Below, piece by piece: positions 55,900-64,000 of a stretch of 64,000 bases of DNA (positions are counted from its first letter, which is position 1; every line of letters starts with the position of its first letter). The DNA is from Octopus vulgaris (lineage: Eukaryota), in contig OX597815.1 of assembly GCA_951406725.2 (NCBI GenBank), forward strand, positions 46,128,001 through 46,192,000, written 5' to 3'. The position numbers were made by a program, and so were the translations under genes. The notes beneath the pieces are model-generated. The model saw nothing but the letters and a program-made list of their open reading frames with translations, had not been told where the DNA came from and did not search any database.

Positions 55900-56620
55900 A
55901 AAACCTAGGCTAGCCTAAGTTGTGTTTATGTTAGCCTACGAATTCGGTAAATTGTTAGGCAAGCCTAGGCTGCTTTTTGTATTAGAAATAATTTCAAATA
56001 ACGTACTGTTGTCTACCTTATGCCCAACGTCGGTGTCACTCGTTGAGGCCAGTATGGGAAGAGGAAGAGATTACACACTAGATGTCGAAAGTTGGGGATC
56101 GTCAGCTGACTCCTGTTGTGATGGTGTAGATCGTTGTACGAACTTGTCTAAAGTTCCTTGAATTGTCATTTTCTTCTTCTCTTCAAAGATTTGGTAATAA
56201 GGTGCGATAGTATCTTGACACTCCCCACCCAATATTTTTACAAAACTTTGTACATTGGGATCCATTTCCTCAAATAAAACAAGACATTTATCTAAATGAG
56301 AAAATGCCTCTTGCATTTTCTCCGCCGTAAATCGGCGAGACTGAGGATCAATGATACAAATTGCATTTTAACATGAATTTTAATATGCTACACAAATTAT
56401 ACGTTTCTATTGCTTTTTTAAAAATTTATTTCTCGGAGACGAAATACGAACGTAACCAATCGATACAACTCGGATCTAACACTACAGTATAGTATGAACG
56501 TTATTACTGTTTTGCCAGACGACGTAAATTATTACAGTATTTAATATTTAATTAATATTTTAGAATGATCGACGTATCTTTGGAAATGACGTAAATCGAA
56601 ACGGCGTAACCAGAGGTATA
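55900..56620 (-). mobile_element. Tigger/pogo transposon remnant
   Basis: ORF 56071-56316 (EAFSHL...FEEMDPN...YYQIFEEKKKMTIQGTLDKFV) matches the Tigger transposase C-terminus. Boundaries are approximate. Confidence 0.7.
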
Positions 56621-57314
56621 TGTGCATACACATATTCACATAAACTAACACACACAAAACAAACTTATATACCTTCTCTCTCATACACATACTTGTGTGT
56701 GTGTGTATGTGTATGAGGGAAAGAGAGAGAGAGGGGGAGGGGGAGAGAGAGTGAGAGAAAGAGCGAGAGAGAGAAAGATAAAGAAGGTATGTGATTTATT
56801 ATAAGCCATGTCATTTGTCACTTCCACTCCTACCGACTGACATATGAGAGTGAGGGCTGTGTTGATAACCAACGAAACAATGAATGGGATCTTAGCGCCA
56901 TTTTACAGGTTACTGCGTGCTTTTCAAGGGATAAAAAAATGCTTCCTTCTTGACCCATCTCTTCCTCCTCCCTTGTATTCACTTTTCGACGGCTTAGAAG
57001 CTTATCACTGTTGTCCTTGGTGCTGCTGTTTAGCCCTAGGTGAGTCTTGAAACATAGACCTATAGTGGAATACGATCGAACTACGACTACTCTACCAAAA
57101 TCACCCCAAACACTTTAACAAATGTAGATCTAACTCCAAATTTCTCTGTATGTGTACCCCAACCTCTGCTTGACAACTGGTGTTGGTCTGTTTACGTCTG
57201 CGTAACTTAGCATTCCAACAATGACAGCAATATAAAAGTACCAGGCTTAAATAAAATTTATGTTCTGGGGTCGATTATAAAATATATCTTTTTTCTTGGT
57301 TTTGGATATATTTT

Positions 57315-57497
57315 TATCTTTTACTAGTCTTAATCATTGGACTGTGGCCATGCTGGGGCACCACCTGAAGCATTATTAGTCGAAAATTATCGACTTAAAT
57401 TTTATTTGTCTAGTACATATTCTATTGCTGCCATAGCCAGATTCCTAAGTTACGGGTATGTAAACAAACCAAGACCAATCGTCAAGTAGTGATGTGT

Positions 57498-57590
<93 letters not shown>

Positions 57591-57752
57591 TTGAAGGGCT
57601 TCAACACAGTTTCCGTTTACCAAAGTTACTCCCAAGATATTGGTCAGCACAGGGCTATAGTAGAGGACACTTGCTCATGGTACTAATCAGTGGGACTGAA
57701 CCCTCAAGCACATGGTTGGGAAGCAAGCTTCTTAATCACACAGCCACGCCTG
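57315..57752 (-). mobile_element. SINE family C, full length, internal (CA)n
   Basis: Head reverse complement CAGGCGTGGCTGTGTGATTAAGAAGCTTGC, and tail ACTGTGGCCATGCTGGGGCACC. Confidence 0.8.
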
Positions 57753-58206
57753 TGTCTTTGTATATATTTTTTAAAAGACGGTGGTACATAAAGTCTGATC
57801 TGAGTGAACATTGGCTGCAGTTTCTAGTAAATTAAGCGAGTACGGAGCGACTCCTTGATTGTGTTGTCAATATAAACTTATTTTACTTCCGTCAGGTGTG
57901 TAGCGGATATATAGTAACACAAGAATCCAGCAAGTAGTTGCAAATATGCACAGAGGCTCACACCCATACTGCACACATATACAAAGAAACGTGCATGGGC
58001 ATATACACATAATTTAAAACAAACAAACTAGTGCGTGCAAGCATACACATGTACACACACACACACACCACGCATGCGCGAAGTGAAATATATTGCTCTG
58101 AATTTATACAGCTGTGTATATGTATGTGTGCGTGTAAAAACAGATAGATAACCAGACAGACAGACATATAGATAGATAAATAAATAGATAGATAGATAGA
58201 TAAGCA

Positions 58207-58632
<426 letters not shown>

Positions 58633-58655
58633 TGATAAAAGATATATATATAAAT

Positions 58656-58962
58656 ATATTCTGTTGTGTCTGGGGAGCGTCATTCTCTTTTAGTGCCTTA
58701 TTATTTAACACACTCACCGGTAAAATTTCCACTTATTTCTTATTTTTATTTTCTAACATTTTCGTTGCGTCTTGCAACCTTTTCAATAGTCTTGACTCTC
58801 TTTATTTTAGAAAATAAAAATAAGAAACAAGTGGAAATTTTACCGGTGAGTGTGTTAAATAATAAGGCACTAAAAGAGAATGACTCTCCCCAGACACAAC
58901 AGAATATGCTTCAACACGCGAACTCATATAAAGAATCTTGCAAACCAAATCCCAAAACGAAA
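58656..58962. mobile_element. PLE-type asymmetric palindrome with U3-A8 hammerhead-like motif in its loop
   Basis: 101-bp arms at 58656-58756 and 58807-58907 plus a 55-bp right tail. Minus strand 58753-58789 reads cta-TTGAAAA-g-gttgc(aagac)gcaac-GAAAA-tgt-tag (cleavage triplet mutated). Confidence 0.75.
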
Positions 58963-59323
58963 TATATATATATATATATATATCTTTTATCACACACACA
59001 CAGAGTATATCCTGTGTGTACAGGATATACGATTTCTATTCTCAAGTTTAGTGGACCACGTAGATTACAGCATCCAGTCTACTTCGAGTTCAGTGGTTCA
59101 GTTATTACTATACTTAGTAGTATTAATAGTTATGTTATTCGGAGCAAATATAGGAGAAATTACGATAAACGTAAGTTTATATGTCATTTATTCCTACGTA
59201 CGTTACTCCTTTGTGGTTGTTCGGAATTCTGCATTAATAACAGATTATCGGGGAACATTTCTGTATGCATTTCTGAACGATTCATAGGCTGTTGCAATTT
59301 CAAGCAGTACACCAATATATTGG

Positions 59324-59645
59324 TGGAGGCGCACTAGTCCAATGGTTAGGGTAGTGGAATCGCGGTCGGAGGATCGCGGTTTCGATTCCCGGACCGGGCA
59401 TTGTGAGTGTTTATTGAACGAAAACACGTGAAAGCTACACGAAGCTCTGGCAGGGTGTGGTGGCGACCCCTGTTGTACTCTTTCGCCATAAGTTTCTCTC
59501 ACTCTCTCTCTTCCTGCTTCTTGAGTAACGCTGCGATGGACTGGCGTCCCGTCCAGCTGGGGGGGGGGGGGGACACATACACCACAGAAACCGGGAAACC
59601 GGGCCCATGAACCTGGCTAGCCTTGAAAAGGGCGACGAAAGGTAA
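59324..59645 (+). mobile_element. SINE with family A head and a different tail
   Basis: First ~165 bp align with the 27669-27962 element. The 3' part is CTGCGATGGACTGGCGTCCCGTCCAG...GAAACCGGGAAACCGGGCCC. Confidence 0.8.
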
Positions 59646-60014
59646 GGAAACATCAATATATTGTACTTTGTTCACTGTCTGCAACCTATTGGTCCCTGCT
59701 GAATCAATTGAAAGGGAACATGTGATGCTGTTAAACTGAGGTGAGAGATTAATTAATCTGTCTCCGTGCTTGTGTTAAGCATATGTATGTGCGTACATAT
59801 GTAGTTTTGTGTGTGTTAGTGCATATGTATTAGCGGTCTGCATGTATATCTGTACACATGTATGAATGCGTGAGTGTAACACAATGTTATGAAAAGATAA
59901 ACCTATTACTGTATCAGAAACACAAAAAGCGAAACACAATAGATCTTAAATAGTGTAGTAATTGTAATTTAATGGATGAAATAGGCTACAAAAAGTCAAC
60001 TTGTAAATCCCTTA

Positions 60015-60403
60015 TCTTTTACATGTCCCAGTCATTGAACTGCGACCATACTGGAGCACTTTTCAGGGTTTAATCGAATGAATCGAGCGCAGTACAGTAC
60101 TTGTTTTTAAAGTCTGTTACTTATTCTGTCCATCGTTTGCCGAACCGCTAAGTTGCGAGGATATAGAAAACCAATACCGATTGTAAAATTGTGTGGGGGA
60201 CAAGCATAATACAAACACAAAGGCACACGCACTTAAGACATACCCATATACACAACGGGCTTCTTTCAGCTTCCGTCTACCAAATCCACTTACAAGGCTT
60301 TGGTCGACCCGAGGCTATAGCAGAAGCACTTCCCAGGATGCCACACAACAAAACTGGACCGAAAACCATAGGTTGGGAAACAAGCTTTTTAACGACACAG
60401 CCT
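60015..60403 (-). mobile_element. SINE family C, decayed
   Basis: CGGGCTTCTTTCAGCTTCCGTCTACCAAATCCACT...GACCCGAGGCTATAG. Confidence 0.8.
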
Positions 60404-61121
60404 ATATGTGTGCGTCTTTGTGTCTGTTTGCACTCCAACGCATCCCCACCGTTTGGCAACCGCTGTTGGTTTGTTTACGTCCCCAAGATTTAGCGGTGCG
60501 TTAAAAGAGACAAATTGAATAAAGAGTAGAATTTTAAAATATGTACTAGATTCTATTTGTTCGACCAAAGAAAAAAAATGAAAGAGGATGCTCCAGCACA
60601 ACAAGTAAATGATGAAAGGTATAGTCTTGAGCAGACATACAGCCGTCTCAGTTGACCTAGAGGAGCATCCAGATGCTGCTACTGGAAGAAGAGAGTGGGC
60701 TATACCAGCAGTCAACTGATACTAAATACAACTGTTTAAACTAAAGCAACGTGAAATGAAGTATTTTGCTGAAGATCGCAATGTGCTGCCTCGTCTTGGA
60801 ATTTAACGCATGACCTTATGGTTATTAGCCGAACGCCTAACTACTTAGCCATGCACCTTTTTCTTATATTTCTGTAGGCTATGGAGGAAAGAAACCCCCA
60901 TACTTTTGAGGTTTCGAACCAATTTCTTGAAATCTAATCGCTTAAATGCTATAAAAAAAAAACTGAAAAAATTGTTACCCTCTGAAGTAAGGATTGGTTG
61001 TTATTGCTGGCAATATTCTTTACTCACTATTGTATATGAAATTATCTAAATTCATGAATTTTTCTAAATAAATTTTGTGCATATGATGTTTGTTTCTGCA
61101 GGGTTTTGGTCTTAATTAATC

Positions 61122-61194
<73 letters not shown>

Positions 61195-61664
61195 TCAATG
61201 CCTTTAAGTTCTGGAAATTAATTACTGCATGTAATCATGTATAAGTCGTACTATTTTATATGGGGTAACTATTAAGCGGAAAAAAAATTTGTATTAAGAT
61301 TTAGCACTACATAAGGGATGCGACTTACACACGAGTAAACACTGCAACTGATTACTGAAGCTACTCACGAAGATAACCAGGTGTTGGACAATACAAAGGA
61401 ACAAGAAAAAGACGGGTTTGTTTTTTCTTCGTTTTGTAATCGATATGTGTCTTAGGTAAATTTGTACTTTGACGCAACATCGTTTGTTTTGCTTTCCTTT
61501 AGCTCTAAATTTGGTCTGATTTATCTTTGACACATCAATGTGGTTCCGTCCATGACAATCTCGAACTATTTCCAGACAGAATACTAGAACTTGAATTGAA
61601 AGTAAATCCCAATACTTCTTACTGCATGATTAATCTGTTAATTTAAAATATTTGTCTTTGAACA

Positions 61665-61823
61665 GTTGGAGTGGCTGTGTGGTAAGTAGCTGCTTGCCAA
61701 CCACATGGTTCCGGGTTCATTCCCACTGCGTGGCACCTTGGGCAAGTGTCTTCTACTATAGCCTCGGGCCAACCAAAGCATTGTGAGTGGATTTGGTAGA
61801 CGGAAACTGAAAGAAGCCCGTCG

Positions 61824-61907
<84 letters not shown>

Positions 61908-62110
61908 TTGTGTGTCTGTGTTTCTCCCCCAACATCGCTTGACAACCGATGCTGGTGTGTTTACGTCCCCGTAACTTAGTTGTTTGACAAAATAAACTGA
62001 TAGAATAAGTATTAGACTTCCAAAGAATAATTCCTGGGGTTGATTTGCTCGACTAAAGGCGGTGCTCCAGCATGGCCACAGTCAAATGACTGAAACAAGT
62101 AAAAGAGAGT
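61665..62110 (+). mobile_element. SINE family C, full length, with internal (TA)n(TG)n
   Basis: A box TGGCTGTGTGG, B box GGTTCATTCCC, CCTTGGGCAAGT, an internal microsatellite, and a tail ending GAAACAAGTAAAAGAG. Confidence 0.9.
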
Positions 62111-63395
62111 ACAAGTAAATATATAGTTGGTAAGCTACGAAGTTTTCCTTGTGAATTTTGTGAACTACCCTCTAACGAAGGTTGTACATCACTTTTATAA
62201 TAATAAAGTTTAGATAGCAAACATCGTATCATATTTAAATTAGATTATCATTAAAAGCCTAATCAACCCATGTGTTTGCCTTGTGATAGAATCTTTCATA
62301 GAAGAACAGTATTAGAAAACACAGAAATATATCAGTAGCAGAGGAAAATCGTCCAGCAACGGCGGTGACATTGCTAAATGTATACTTCTGCCACTCTGAG
62401 CTTCATCAGCAGGAAGTATCTACGGCAATTGCATGCTAGGACAAAATCCGCCGTTACTTATATAAGTAAAATAGGAACTGAAAAATCACAGATACGTAAT
62501 TAGCCGTAGGCTGATAAAAAGTTCGTTATGTGCGAGAGAAGCAGTATTAGTTTAAAATGACATTACGTGTATCATACTTAAAGATGTATAATCGAAAACC
62601 TAAATTTGAAAGCATTCTTTTTATCTCCATGTTAGCTTTGTCTGAGCAGAGACCTATCATAAAAAGTATTCCAGCCTTGAATGACCCAACATTTTTAGAC
62701 ATTGTGCAAAATGTCCTTTCTTTTCTTAAAAACATATAATGGAAATTATTAGAAGTGTTGCGATTTCTTGCAAACTGATCAACACAGAGACTACTCACTA
62801 GCTCCTAAGTGATTAGATGATATATTTAGCTGGCGAAGTAGCGGTTGTGTGTGTCAGGTTTCTTTAATATTGGCCGAAGTATTGAACTTAGTTTTCATCC
62901 GCAACTTCCAACAGAAATAGACTTGGCTGGGGCTCGAGATTAAGGACTTTGGTCTGAGGTTAATATCAAGAGCACCTTCTAGTTGTGTTGCCTTTTTAAG
63001 GCTTCAGATAAAGAATTTGATTAAATATAGAACCAAACGAAGTACTCCTTAATTTTACAATGCTCTCGTATAGTGTCTGGTATTTATTTGCCGTTAGGTA
63101 AACTGAACTTTCAAGAGTTACGGGGAATTGAACGAACTGTCGGGTTGTGCTAGCTTGTTTGATTACTTCATTCTTCAAGTGAAACAATGTTGCACGTGTT
63201 GTTCGTTAAATCTATGATAATCTTAGGAGGAGAATGCAAGAATTAAATAGGGTTAGTTAGTTTGAAATCAAGGGTCCCGTGTAGTGAATAGTACATTGTC
63301 TGATGACAAGTATATACACGAAAATTAACCTCTGACATTAACTTATTCACCTTATAAAGGCAGCGCCACTACCATCCTATTGTTTAAATCTATCA

Positions 63396-63482
<87 letters not shown>

Positions 63483-64000
63483 AACCTGTTAATATGCGTA
63501 CCTGTATCCCTGTATATATATTTACTTTATTTATCAGTAAAACGTTCTACTTTCAACAGCGCGTGGGTTTATTAGAAAATCTTTTAAAACTTCTCTACAC
63601 TGTACTCGTAATACCTTTGTTACTGTTGCCATCTTCGTTTCCCGGATACGGAGGGCGCTAAAGATAATACTAACTTCTTTGTAAAGACTTTTAGTGTTGT
63701 TGACAGACCGGTGTGAAAAAGATTATTGGTACACACGGGCGAATCATACTTTTGTGTCCTTTAATTCATAAGACATCAAGGAGGGCGAAATCTATTAAAA
63801 CAGCTGTCTATTTCAATGTTGCTGACATTATTTTAGTTGTACTAATAGATGTTTGTACATATGTGACAGTTGAGAAGTATTACTACGGCAAGGAATGCGA
63901 AAAGTAATAAAATCAACGTCACACCGGATGTTTAATTTGGTCGGGAGAGCTTAGTGGGTAGAGAGTTCAAACGCTGGATTTGACGGTTTCAATTAAAGTC

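Noticed and set aside
58666-59337. 223-aa ORF
   Set aside because: It runs through a palindromic insert and a (TA)n tract, with no protein motif.
62200-63250. Non-microsatellite stretch that might be an exon or transposase remnant
   Set aside because: Only short ORFs and no motif I can recognise.

Overview
AT-rich animal genomic DNA saturated with microsatellites. No credible host protein-coding gene, rRNA, true tRNA or CRISPR array is visible, and almost all ORFs in the track are translated (TA)n/(CA)n/(GA)n/(TATC)n/(AAT)n repeats. The SINE families resemble those of octopus/coleoid cephalopods (from memory, not verified). The window contains: several tRNA-derived SINE families, one with a variable number of internal ~185-bp units; a decayed 2.6-kb RTE LINE joined to a mariner fragment; other RTE and RLE-LINE, mariner, Tigger, MITE and Helitron remnants; and a 107-bp minisatellite. 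The main signal is a set of Penelope-like (PLE) inserts, mostly joined to (TA)n tracts and mostly built as asymmetric palindromes. One is a 2.9-kb hairpin carrying a GIY-YIG endonuclease. At least eight of these unrelated families carry a minimal type-I hammerhead-ribozyme fold with a short, usually self-complementary stem III. Their cores co-vary at the 3-8 pair (C3-G8, U3-A8, G3-C8). Two ORF-less elements carry tandem hammerheads 590 nt and 361 nt apart, like retrozymes. All folds were derived by eye, and activity is untested.
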